Shown: piece after piece, positions 1-7,647 of the stretch
Position numbering within the stretch: position 1 is the first letter of the stretch
How the letters are laid out: every line of letters starts with the position of its first letter
Virus record (IMG/VR): IMGVR_UViG_3300020044_005136
Span: 1 to 61,383 of that record
From: a virus
Lineage: Duplodnaviria; Caudoviricetes
DNA: 61,383 bases
Reading direction: 5' to 3' (one strand)
The notes under the pieces: generated by a model
Told to the model about the DNA's origin: nothing
Database searches by the model: none
What the model saw: only the letters and a program-made list of their open reading frames with translations
Program-made: the position numbers and the translations under genes

Positions 1-121
1 ATGCTATGGATTGACTACGCCGATCCAGCGCTGCGGGATAGTGCAAAAAACCCGCGTTTTTTCTTGGCGCGCATGGACATGACGCTTTCAGACACTTTCG
101 AAAGTATATCGACGGATGATT
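1..121. repeat. Terminal overlap (copy 1) of circular contig, identical to 61263-61383
   Basis: 121-bp exact duplication of the window end; a reading frame runs through the junction. Confidence 0.97.
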
Positions 122-303
122 GGCTGGAAATTCAAGAGCATATCGAGAGCTATTTCCCCTATACGTTTTATTCGCTGGATGAATTGGAGGAACAGGGTTT
201 AGAGATTACTAAAAATATTCCAAATGATGACCACGCCCGCAATTGGGATTGGACAAATTTTAACGAAATTAACGACGAAATTTTCTCAAGAGGGGAAGAG
301 TAA
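1..303 (+). CDS. 3' part of an early hypothetical protein that starts at 61134 across the circular junction
   Basis: ATG at 61134 (GAGGTG RBS) reads MSYETEFPDF...SWHNNAMPCW...ELMLWIDY in frame with ORF 1..303. Confidence 0.85.
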   Translation: MLWIDYADPALRDSAKNPRFFLARMDMTLSDTFESISTDDWLEIQEHIESYFPYTFYSLDELEEQGLEITKNIPNDDHARNWDWTNFNEINDEIFSRGEE

Positions 304-473
304 TGCGCGACGCAATGATCACTATATTGATGAAATTCTGTAAGGAAAACGACTTGCCGCTTGAGTCGGCCGATGAACTGATTTTACGCGAGCAAATTAC
401 CGATTTCCAATTTGGGTTTTTAATCTGCTATTGCCGCGCATGGGACGCTATGGAGGATTTACAGTATGACTAA
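303..473 (+). CDS. Small early hypothetical protein (56 aa, MRDAMITILMKFCKENDLPLESADEL...)
   Basis: Read manually; TAATG overlap with the upstream stop and overlap with the next gene. Confidence 0.65.
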   Translation: MRDAMITILMKFCKENDLPLESADELILREQITDFQFGFLICYCRAWDAMEDLQYD

Positions 474-663
474 ATTACAAATGCAATTGCTGGACATTAT
501 TTCCGCTGATGGTGCGGAATGGAAAGACATTGTTACCGGCCTACGCAGCAATAAAATTAAAAATTGGAGCAAGGTTCGAGATGAATTACAGGCACTGATT
601 AATCTCGGCATGATTCACCGCTTGCCGGACATCAGGACGGAATTGTATGCGAGGCTGAAATGA
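466..663 (+). CDS. Small hypothetical protein, possible winged helix
   Basis: ORF with GGAGG RBS; ATGA overlap with the methyltransferase. Confidence 0.7.
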   Translation: MTKLQMQLLDIISADGAEWKDIVTGLRSNKIKNWSKVRDELQALINLGMIHRLPDIRTELYARLK

Positions 664-1262
664 GGGTGCTGGTAGCCTGTGAGTACAGCGGGACGGTGCG
701 CGATGCATTCCTTGCGCGTGGGCATTACGCCATGTCGTGCGATCTATTGCCCTGTGACAGCCTTAGTTCTGGCGATCACTATCAGGGAAATGTAGCGGAC
801 ATTCTAGACCACAATTGGGATTTACTAATCGCGCACCCGCCCTGTACGTATCTGGCGAATTCAGGTGTTAGCTGGCTATCGCGCAAGCCGGATAGATGGG
901 CGCAATTGGATGATGGTGCGGCCTTTTTTAAGATGTTTCTGGACTCGCCAATCAAACGGAAGTGCATAGAAAACCCGATCATGCATAAGTACGCAATCGA
1001 GCGCATCGGCGGCATAAAACAAACCCAGATCGTGCAGCCTTGGATGTTTGGACATATGGAGCAAAAGGCTACCGGCCTATGGTTGACCGGCTTACCGGAA
1101 TTACAGGCCACAAACAACGTTAAGGCCGCCATGATGCTGTTGCCGAAGCGGGAGCGGGAGCGCTTGCACTACCTACCGCCGAGCCCGAACCGGTGGAAAT
1201 TACGCAGCACCACTTATGCTGGAATTGCAGCCGCTATGGCAGAACAATGGGGAAAATTATGA
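660..1262 (+). CDS. Short phage C5-cytosine DNA methyltransferase-like protein
   Basis: N-terminal VLVACEYSG SAM-binding-like motif, DLLIAHPPC catalytic motif IV, ENP motif VI. Confidence 0.8.
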   Translation: MRVLVACEYSGTVRDAFLARGHYAMSCDLLPCDSLSSGDHYQGNVADILDHNWDLLIAHPPCTYLANSGVSWLSRKPDRWAQLDDGAAFFKMFLDSPIKRKCIENPIMHKYAIERIGGIKQTQIVQPWMFGHMEQKATGLWLTGLPELQATNNVKAAMMLLPKRERERLHYLPPSPNRWKLRSTTYAGIAAAMAEQWGKL

Positions 1263-1447
1263 ATCTAATCGCAACCTATCCGAATGACCAATATGGAATT
1301 GAGGCGCGGGTATATCACGACGACCGAGGATATAACGTCGAACTTGTGGACACTGATGCTGATGCCAGAGTTGTAATGTACCTGCGCCACAATACTTTGG
1401 CCGAAGCAGTGGTCAAAGCTAAACACTTAATTGGAGAATCAAAATGA
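1259..1447 (+). CDS. Hypothetical protein
   Basis: ATGA overlaps at both ends. Confidence 0.65.
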   Translation: MNLIATYPNDQYGIEARVYHDDRGYNVELVDTDADARVVMYLRHNTLAEAVVKAKHLIGESK

Positions 1448-1776
1448 AAACAAGTGAGTTAACAGGCTTAAAACTTGATTGGGCAGTAGCGAAGTGCGAA
1501 GGTGTAATCAACGGCGATGCCCTAGACGTAGGGTTTATTCTTGAGGGTGGTTACACCCCATCAGCCGGCTGGGAACAAGGCGGTGCGATCATTGAGCGGG
1601 AGAAGATCAGCTTATGGTCAAGGGGTAAAGAGTGGGCAGCGGAATCGTTTACGCCCAACGAACTAGGCCTCGAAGAAACAGGCGAAACCCCGCTCATTGC
1701 AGCCATGCGCTGCTACGTCGCGAGCAAGATGGGTGACGAGGTAGAAGTGCCAATCGAATTAACACAAGGAAAATAA
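1444..1776 (+). CDS. NinX/DUF2591-like phage protein
   Basis: LDWAVAK...WEQGGAIIERE...GETPLIAAMRCYV signature. Confidence 0.75.
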   Translation: MKTSELTGLKLDWAVAKCEGVINGDALDVGFILEGGYTPSAGWEQGGAIIEREKISLWSRGKEWAAESFTPNELGLEETGETPLIAAMRCYVASKMGDEVEVPIELTQGK

Positions 1777-1778
1777 CC

Positions 1779-1967
1779 ATGAGAACTAAAGACGAAATGA
1801 GAGAGTACGCCCGTGGATTAGCCGAATCCCACTTTTATTCAGATGATGATACCGCGTGGGAACCGTTCGAACATTGGGACGAGGATAGCTTAGAAGAAGA
1901 GATAGATACTTTAGCGGAGGCTATCTATCGGGCGATGGCTTGGGTACAAGAAGGTGAGAAAACATAA
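1779..1967 (+). CDS. Acidic hypothetical protein, paralogue of 1986-2240
   Basis: AAGGA RBS; shares AWEPFEH motif with the next gene. Confidence 0.7.
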   Translation: MRTKDEMREYARGLAESHFYSDDDTAWEPFEHWDEDSLEEEIDTLAEAIYRAMAWVQEGEKT

Positions 1968-1985
1968 TATTAAGGGGAAATTAAA

Positions 1986-2240
1986 ATGAAAACCATGCAA
2001 GAAATTATCGAATACGCAAAAGGCGCAGCATTGAGTGATGTATTTAGTAATGTTGATGAGGATGAGTGGCCTGATAACCCGATAGAACTATTGGAATCAG
2101 GCGACACATCGGATGCCACTGGAGATAAAAAGATGTTTGCTTGGGAGCCGTTCGAACACTACGAAGCCGATGATTTGCTTGAGGTAGTACAAAGCTTTAT
2201 GAAAAATTACATCGTTGCCATGCAGTGGGCAAAAGAATAA
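1986..2240 (+). CDS. Acidic hypothetical protein, paralogue of 1779-1967
   Basis: AAGGGG RBS; AWEPFEH motif and AMxW C-terminus. Confidence 0.7.
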   Translation: MKTMQEIIEYAKGAALSDVFSNVDEDEWPDNPIELLESGDTSDATGDKKMFAWEPFEHYEADDLLEVVQSFMKNYIVAMQWAKE

Positions 2241-2338
2241 TGGACGACCTGGAACTTTGGAAAATTGTCGCGATGGCAATGGCGGGTGTTTGTGTAGCCG
2301 CCATGCTATTTTTATTAATTGTATTCTCTGGAGTAGTA

Positions 2339-2520
2339 TGAAATTCCATGTGAAAATAATCCGCGAAGTGGAATTCGTGCTGGAAATTACGGCGGCAAGT
2401 AGGGATGAAGTAGCTGCAATAGTCTTGCGAACCGCGTACGATTGTGATGCAACCGATCAAAAGGAAACTAAAATTGTCTCAATTACAGAACAAGAAAATA
2501 TTTACGATTCATTTGATTGA
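2339..2520 (+). CDS. Hypothetical protein (MKFHVKIIREVEF...)
   Basis: GGAG RBS just before the internal ATG of ORF 2215..2520. Confidence 0.55.
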
Positions 2521-2683
2521 GAATGATGATGGCTGCGTCCGAATAGTATCGGATTGGACAGGGCAGGGAGAACAAGTGCTTTCATTAGGAATTGAAATAC
2601 TTGATAGCCTTGCCGATGTCCAACCCTATACGGAGGGGTTGCTGCAATTTTCCCCAGCGATCCTATCCGATGCTCAACATTAA
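2474..2683 (+). CDS. Hypothetical protein, convergent with the primase
   Basis: Probable TTG start after AAGGA; 3' end overlaps the primase 3' end. Confidence 0.5.
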   Translation: MSQLQNKKIFTIHLIENDDGCVRIVSDWTGQGEQVLSLGIEILDSLADVQPYTEGLLQFSPAILSDAQH

Positions 2684-3490
2684 TTTAGCGAGGCTTTGTG
2701 TTGATTTGAACAGGCCTACTCTCCGCCAGAAATCATTGAAGTCCTCACCTACTGAATCGCTCATCCAGTACGGCCAGCCAATCTGCTTTGCCACCCGCTC
2801 ACCTGTCCCACTCTCGTCGTTATCCGCGATCACAATCCCATCTGGAAGAGTAGCCGCAATTTTGATCATATTCCCAGCACTGAAACAAATGTGTAGCGTG
2901 TATCGTTTCTTCAGCGCCTTCAACGCAGCACGGACAGCAAGACCTGTGGCGTAACCTTCAACCAAGAAATGTGTACCATTGTTGTCGATGGTAAAGGATG
3001 CTCCACCTGTACGCTGGCCGTATAAAAACTTCTTAGTGCCATCCTCTTCTATAACCTGTACACCTACCAAAGAATTTTTTACGCGCATTGGGATAAGTAA
3101 ATAAGGTACGCCATCACGCATCCAGACATTACCCTGCTCTTGGTCGAATCCTTTGTCCTGCAAGTACTTATGCCGCATCAATCCGGAAGAGTTAAGCATA
3201 CCAACAGCCTTACGCATTGCATCCTTCTGCATCCGTAAGATATCTTCCTGTGCATCTTTAACAGCCTTGGCTACCATCGGCCTATCTATAACGTGATCCG
3301 AACCTGGCTGCCAGACGGAAACTTCGGTCTCAAGTGCGTGGTTTTGTACTAAGCCGTGTGTGCCAAGATACTTTACCGCGCCGTTGCGCTTGCGAGGATG
3401 ATCCTCTGTTGGGTATCGTTTCCATACTCCAATTGGTGGGTAATCATTAATGATCACGCCATGCTGCCGAGCAAATTGAATGAAGTCCAT
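2663..3490 (-). CDS. Toprim-domain DNA primase-like protein
   Basis: VEGYATG and IADND Toprim motifs plus DFND; adjacent to the helicase. Confidence 0.85.
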   Translation of the reverse strand: MDFIQFARQHGVIINDYPPIGVWKRYPTEDHPRKRNGAVKYLGTHGLVQNHALETEVSVWQPGSDHVIDRPMVAKAVKDAQEDILRMQKDAMRKAVGMLNSSGLMRHKYLQDKGFDQEQGNVWMRDGVPYLLIPMRVKNSLVGVQVIEEDGTKKFLYGQRTGGASFTIDNNGTHFLVEGYATGLAVRAALKALKKRYTLHICFSAGNMIKIAATLPDGIVIADNDESGTGERVAKQIGWPYWMSDSVGEDFNDFWRRVGLFKSTQSLAKLMLSIG

Positions 3491-4977
3491 TATTTTCCCA
3501 TCCGTTTCGCATAGCTTAATCGGCGAGCGTAGCTTTTGGTTTTCTTAGAAATGAAATTAGCAACCTCTAGTGTCGGCTCTTTCATTGCATCATTCAAACC
3601 TCGCGGCCAAACTCCAAACTTTTCTTTATAGGTGTGAGCAGCCCAGCCCGGCTTCTTCCCTGTCTTGGCTACATACCACTGCAACATAGACCAGAAATCC
3701 TGCTTGTTCACCGTGGACATTGCGCCCTTCAGCTCGTGCATCTGTCCCTTTACTGACTGTACTGCATTCATCCTAACCCTAACAAAACCACAGCACGCAC
3801 AGGTATCTGCTTTTGCAGGCCAGAATGCTTTGCAAGACGGACACTTGCTGGCTTCCTTTTCTTTTTGTGTTAATTCTTTCTTTGTCTTTTCTTTGCCGTC
3901 ATCCAATTCAGATACGCCAAGCTCAAATACTTCTTCCCAATCATCTCGGAATCTCAAGTAATTACCAGAGTGATCTAACCATACGGCGAAGTCTTTTCCT
4001 GGATGCGAGCGCATTACACGACCCATCTGCTGGATGTGTGAGGATAGTGATTTGCTGAATGGACGCGCTGATATTCCTATCATAACGTCAGATACATCAA
4101 ACCCTTTTGTAAGAATATCAGTGGCAATCAGACCGCAAATCTCTGTATCAGACTTCGAGAACTCTTCGATCACATCTTTTTTATATTGGTCATCATCCCG
4201 ATAACTGATACAAATAAAATTATGCCCTGCATCTTGAAACTTTTGAGCCAGATCAGCACCATGATCAACACCAGCACTGAACACAATAGTTTTGCGTGGC
4301 CTACCAAATATCTCCAGAGTTTTATTAACCCACTCAGATACCACATCGCCTGTGATTTTAATGCCCCGCTCAGTAGCTTCAGATTGAGACCATTCGCCGG
4401 CTACCTTCTTTGCTCCATCCATATTAATTTCTTTTGCGATATACACCCGCAGCGGCACAAGGTTGCCGTGATCTACTAACTGCTTCGTGGTAATGGTGGA
4501 CACAACATTCGTGTACATCTTACCCATGCCCTTGGTAAACGGCGTGGCGGTCAATCCAATTACTTTGATATGTGGATTGTTCTTTACGAACTCGGTTGTC
4601 TTTGCTCTCTGTGCGTGACACTCATCAATGATAAGCAGATCAAGACCAGGAAACTCACCGCGCTTCTCAATTGTCTGCGCAGAGCAAACCTGTATGGCTT
4701 CATACGGGCGATAGCGCCAGTGTCCTGCCTGTAGTACGCCGTGATCTATCCCATACTTTTGCAGCCTGAGACTAGTCTGATCACATAAGACAATGCGGTC
4801 TAATAACATCGCCGCTTTACTTCCCTTCTTCTTTGCAGCATCGAGCATAGCAATAGCAATTTCTGTCTTGCCACCACCAGTGCCTAAGTAAAGTACTTGA
4901 GATGTATGCCCTGCTGCAAATCCCTCGCGCAGCTTTTGGATAGCCGCTTCTTGATAATCCCGTAGTTCTAACGCCAT
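3490..4977 (-). CDS. Superfamily 2 DExH helicase with C-terminal Zn finger (RadD/YejH-like)
   Basis: GTGGGKT Walker A, DECH, TAT, QQMGRVMR and CPSC..CACC motifs. Confidence 0.92.
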   Translation of the reverse strand: MALELRDYQEAAIQKLREGFAAGHTSQVLYLGTGGGKTEIAIAMLDAAKKKGSKAAMLLDRIVLCDQTSLRLQKYGIDHGVLQAGHWRYRPYEAIQVCSAQTIEKRGEFPGLDLLIIDECHAQRAKTTEFVKNNPHIKVIGLTATPFTKGMGKMYTNVVSTITTKQLVDHGNLVPLRVYIAKEINMDGAKKVAGEWSQSEATERGIKITGDVVSEWVNKTLEIFGRPRKTIVFSAGVDHGADLAQKFQDAGHNFICISYRDDDQYKKDVIEEFSKSDTEICGLIATDILTKGFDVSDVMIGISARPFSKSLSSHIQQMGRVMRSHPGKDFAVWLDHSGNYLRFRDDWEEVFELGVSELDDGKEKTKKELTQKEKEASKCPSCKAFWPAKADTCACCGFVRVRMNAVQSVKGQMHELKGAMSTVNKQDFWSMLQWYVAKTGKKPGWAAHTYKEKFGVWPRGLNDAMKEPTLEVANFISKKTKSYARRLSYAKRMGK

Positions 4978-4991
4978 GATTTCCTTTCACT

Positions 4992-5016
4992 ACCGGCACA
5001 CCCGCCGGCGTGGGTA
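4992..5016 (-). promoter_or_regulatory. Candidate small H-type pseudoknot just upstream of the helicase RBS
   Basis: Minus strand UACCC-AC-GCCGGC-GGGUG-U-GCCGGU followed by GAAAGGAA. Confidence 0.35.
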
Positions 5017-5022
5017 ATACAT

Positions 5023-5883
5023 TTATTTTGTTTCCATCTTTTTGATTTTATTCATCAAAGATGCAATCTGTTTTTTCAACTGCGCATTTTCGGATTGAAA
5101 TGAATCTCTAGACTGCTTGACCGCTTTCATTTCCATTTCCATCATACTGATCTCAGCACGCAATCCAGAAATAATAGACTCAGCCATTTTCTTTTCCTCA
5201 TCCGTGCCATCCATTGCAGCCACGGCCAGACGATCAGATAGCTGCTGATTTTCTTCTTCCAATGTAACAACCGCATCTTCCAACTGAATTAGTTCATGGG
5301 CGCGATCCTCATCAGCTTTATTTTTATCTTCATCAGCTTTATTTTTTTCTGCTTCAGCTTTCTTATTCTCAGCATCAGATTTTTTATCTGCTACTGGCTT
5401 GCTATCAGTCTTAGTGTCACTTACCTCTGACTTTGGTGAGAATAATTCCTTTCGAACTTTAGAAACAAATGATTGATCGCACCCACATTTTTTTGCAATT
5501 TCCAATTGCGTCATCATCCCCCACTCAAAATCATTGAGCATTTTTGTTACATTCATGCGTTTATCCGCGTTATTAGGCGGCATACCGTGCGTGTTATTTG
5601 CCTCAATCGCATAAAATTGAGCATCGCGTAACAACCCCTCTCTTACCTCGCAATCCATTCCTGGGCTACCAATTTTTTTGTTGGCAAAATATCGGTGAAA
5701 TCCATCTGATAAGTAATATTCACGGCCATCATAATAAACAACTGCTGGATCAAATATTTCACCCATCAACATCTTCCCCGCATATTCTTCAATTTTTTCT
5801 GGAATATTTTTTTTGCGGCCTTGCGTATCACAATCAATCCTAATTTTGTCTAGGTTGATGTGCATGGTAACTTTCATATTCAT
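5023..5883 (-). CDS. ParB/Srx-like N-terminal domain + HTH + coiled coil
   Basis: LSDGFHR ParB-N motif; TQLEIAKKCGCDQSFVSKVR HTH; heptad C-terminus. Confidence 0.75.
   Translation of the reverse strand: MNMKVTMHINLDKIRIDCDTQGRKKNIPEKIEEYAGKMLMGEIFDPAVVYYDGREYYLSDGFHRYFANKKIGSPGMDCEVREGLLRDAQFYAIEANNTHGMPPNNADKRMNVTKMLNDFEWGMMTQLEIAKKCGCDQSFVSKVRKELFSPKSEVSDTKTDSKPVADKKSDAENKKAEAEKNKADEDKNKADEDRAHELIQLEDAVVTLEEENQQLSDRLAVAAMDGTDEEKKMAESIISGLRAEISMMEMEMKAVKQSRDSFQSENAQLKKQIASLMNKIKKMETK
5311..5375. repeat. Imperfect 21-bp in-frame tandem repeat (NKADEDK-type heptads)
   Basis: atcagctttattttt recurs at 5311 and 5332, with degenerate further copies. Confidence 0.6.
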
Positions 5884-6167
5884 AGTATTTCCACTTTTAT
5901 AAGTTTGTGTGTGTCGTAATCAAAAGTAACAAGCAAATTAGCTTTATCACTAGGGAATGATTTAAATTTGCAGTTCCCTATCTCCATGTAAACGTGCTGC
6001 TTTAATACTTTCTTTTCTTTCTTTACCCTGTACTGCACAGACTCATGCCATTCAGGATGATCTATGGTTATCCACAAGTCATCCTTACCTGCCATAAATA
6101 CTTTCATTTCTATTTCAAGGCCATCTGCCCATGCCTTGATTTCGTTGGCGTGTTTGTGTTTTTTCAT
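5880..6167 (-). CDS. Conserved phage hypothetical protein (KHKHANEIKAWADG)
   Basis: ORF overlapping both neighbours; common phage N-terminal motif. Confidence 0.75.
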   Translation of the reverse strand: MKKHKHANEIKAWADGLEIEMKVFMAGKDDLWITIDHPEWHESVQYRVKKEKKVLKQHVYMEIGNCKFKSFPSDKANLLVTFDYDTHKLIKVEIL

Positions 6168-6466
6168 TACCGCCTCAGTAAATTTATGCCTCTGAGTTTA
6201 AACATCGTAGTCTGGTCAGACGCTGGCAGCTTAGGCTTGATTGCCATGTAGTACATCTCTGGATTAAGCGTAGTGGGCTCATCCAAGAACACGCGCTTAA
6301 GCAGATCAGGATCTCTTTTCTTGGGCTCATCCTTAAATTCTTTGAAGAATACTCGTGGGTTCTGCCGCTTCAGAAACTCCGTAACTCTTTCAATTTCCTG
6401 AATCCGCTTGCCCTTTGGCGATGCCGCAGCCTCTTTCAATAAAGCAACTTCTACCTGTGTAAGCAT
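6167..6466 (-). CDS. Hypothetical protein (MLTQVEVALLKEAA...)
   Basis: GGAGG RBS at 6472-6476 places the start at 6466 rather than 6589. Confidence 0.7.
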   Translation of the reverse strand: MLTQVEVALLKEAAASPKGKRIQEIERVTEFLKRQNPRVFFKEFKDEPKKRDPDLLKRVFLDEPTTLNPEMYYMAIKPKLPASDQTTMFKLRGINLLRR

Positions 6467-6493
6467 CAATACCTCCGTGTGAAAAGAGCTTTC

Positions 6494-6522
6494 AGAATAT
6501 TCCAATCTAAACCAATGGTCAA
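6494..6522 (-). promoter_or_regulatory. sigma70-type promoter for the replication operon
   Basis: TTGACC-N17-TATTCT on the minus strand. Confidence 0.55.
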
Positions 6523-6574
6523 CAGATACTTGAAAATATTTATATGTGTTGCATAAATTATCAGAAAATTTAAG

Positions 6575-6860
6575 CGATAGGTTCCCCAAGGGTGATAAGC
6601 CCAGCTGTTAGCCTTCCGCAGGCTAGAGTGGTGTTATCTTTTCCCAGCCCAATACACAAATGTATAAACTTTCGTGTACCTAGCATTCCCGTAAGGCAGC
6701 GATTTATTCAACGTAGAGTTTGTCTCACCACTGGCCTCTACATCTATGATAGTCCCTCACTGACAGGCTATCCGACTCGCACGGGGGTGTACCGTGGCCG
6801 ATGTATTCTAGACGGCAGCCCATGTAGGCTCACTACTAACGCGGTCTGTGGCGGTCTTGG
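6575..6860 (-). ncRNA. Candidate large (~290 nt) structured ncRNA with at least two pseudoknots
   Basis: Six or more helices and two loop-distal pairings found by eye; no convincing ORF on the transcribed strand. Confidence 0.55.
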
Positions 6861-6863
6861 AAA

Positions 6864-6945
6864 GCAAAAAGCCCTTTAGGCTTGGCTCTCCGTGTATCAG
6901 GCACGTTTCCATTGAAGGAAGAGAACCAAAGCTAAAGGGCTTCGG
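6864..6945 (-). ncRNA. C4-like antisense RNA (three-way junction)
   Basis: Long outer stem (6866-6890/6921-6943), two inner hairpins whose loops UUCAAU and CCUGAUA match the upstream site UAUCAGG-C-AUUGA, U-rich 3' end. Confidence 0.7.
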
Positions 6946-6977
6946 CAGTCGTCAATGCCTGATACAGAGACACCCAA

Positions 6978-7007
6978 AGTATAGAACAAAAATAAATGTC
7001 TATGCAA
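6978..7007 (-). promoter_or_regulatory. sigma70-type promoter for the C4-like RNA
   Basis: TTGCAT-N18-TATACT on the minus strand. Confidence 0.6.
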
Positions 7008-7024
7008 GCGGTATCTGTGCAGGC

Positions 7025-7057
7025 AAAAAAAAGCCGGAGTCTCTTAGCAACTCCGGC
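7025..7057 (-). terminator. Intrinsic terminator
   Basis: GCCGGAGT/ACTCCGGC stem followed by 8 U on the minus strand. Confidence 0.8.
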
Positions 7058-7243
7058 GAACTCGGTGTGTTCACGAGCGAGGAAAAGGGCAGGGTCACTA
7101 CCGTGAAAGTTCAGACTATTGCAGTAGCCCCTGATGCCGATGTTACACGCCACTATCGGCTTGGCGTCTCTTGCCGTAATTGGTGAGACAGAACCCACAG
7201 CAAACCTACACCAAGTAAAGTTCACCATGAACGCTGTCTCTGA
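7025..7243 (-). ncRNA. Candidate ~215-nt sRNA with a pseudoknot, bounded by a TATAAT box and a terminator
   Basis: TATAAT at 7249-7254 (minus); pseudoknot 7136-7167; hairpin 7092-7131; terminator 7025-7057. Confidence 0.45.
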
Positions 7244-7255
7244 ATAAAATTATAC

Positions 7256-7537
7256 CTACATTTCTAACGCGGCCAAAGCTTCTTCTACATTATTCACAAT
7301 AATTAACGTACCACCACGCCAATCCTCAAAGAATTTAGCCTCTGCCGTCGTTAATTTACGTGCGCTTGGCACCTTATCCCCATCCTTTACTTCCATTAGA
7401 TAGGTCTTGCGGGCATATCCAACTAACAGATCCGGTATTCCATCACCCTGGCTAATGATCCTGACCGTAGCGCCAGCACCCCGCAGCGCATCTACTATGG
7501 CGTTTTGATTGGCATCAATCCTATTTGCGTATCTCAT
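7256..7537 (-). CDS. VRR-NUC-like PD-(D/E)XK nuclease (possible Holliday-junction resolvase)
   Basis: DANQNAIVDALR...GIPDLLVG...LMEVKDG motifs. Confidence 0.8.
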   Translation of the reverse strand: MRYANRIDANQNAIVDALRGAGATVRIISQGDGIPDLLVGYARKTYLMEVKDGDKVPSARKLTTAEAKFFEDWRGGTLIIVNNVEEALAALEM

Positions 7538-7560
7538 TCGAGCCCCATCGTTAGAAACAA

Positions 7561-7621
7561 TGCAACAGTTAGTACTGGTTGCAACATAACACTTGACACC
7601 GTAGGTATGTTGTCCTAAGAT
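7561..7621 (+). promoter_or_regulatory. Divergent control region: sigma70 promoter of the recombination operon with operator-like palindromes
   Basis: TTGACA(7593)-N17-TAAGAT(7616); TGCAAC..GTTGCA (7561-7583) and CAACATA..TATGTTG inverted repeats. Confidence 0.65.
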
Positions 7622-7647
7622 TCAATCTCACACACCAAGGAGCAATC

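Noticed and set aside
6575-6860. Group I intron, tmRNA or RNase P identity for the large RNA
   Set aside because: GGGACUA and AAGAUA resemble group I R/S elements only partly, with no matching UAGUC and no interrupted gene. No tRNA-like ends or RNase P signature were found.
6592-7228. ORFs 6592-6879 (+), 6848-7186 (+) and 6932-7228 (-)
   Set aside because: No good RBS, atypical composition, and they run across a terminator, a promoter and RNA helices. Treated as spurious, although not formally excluded.
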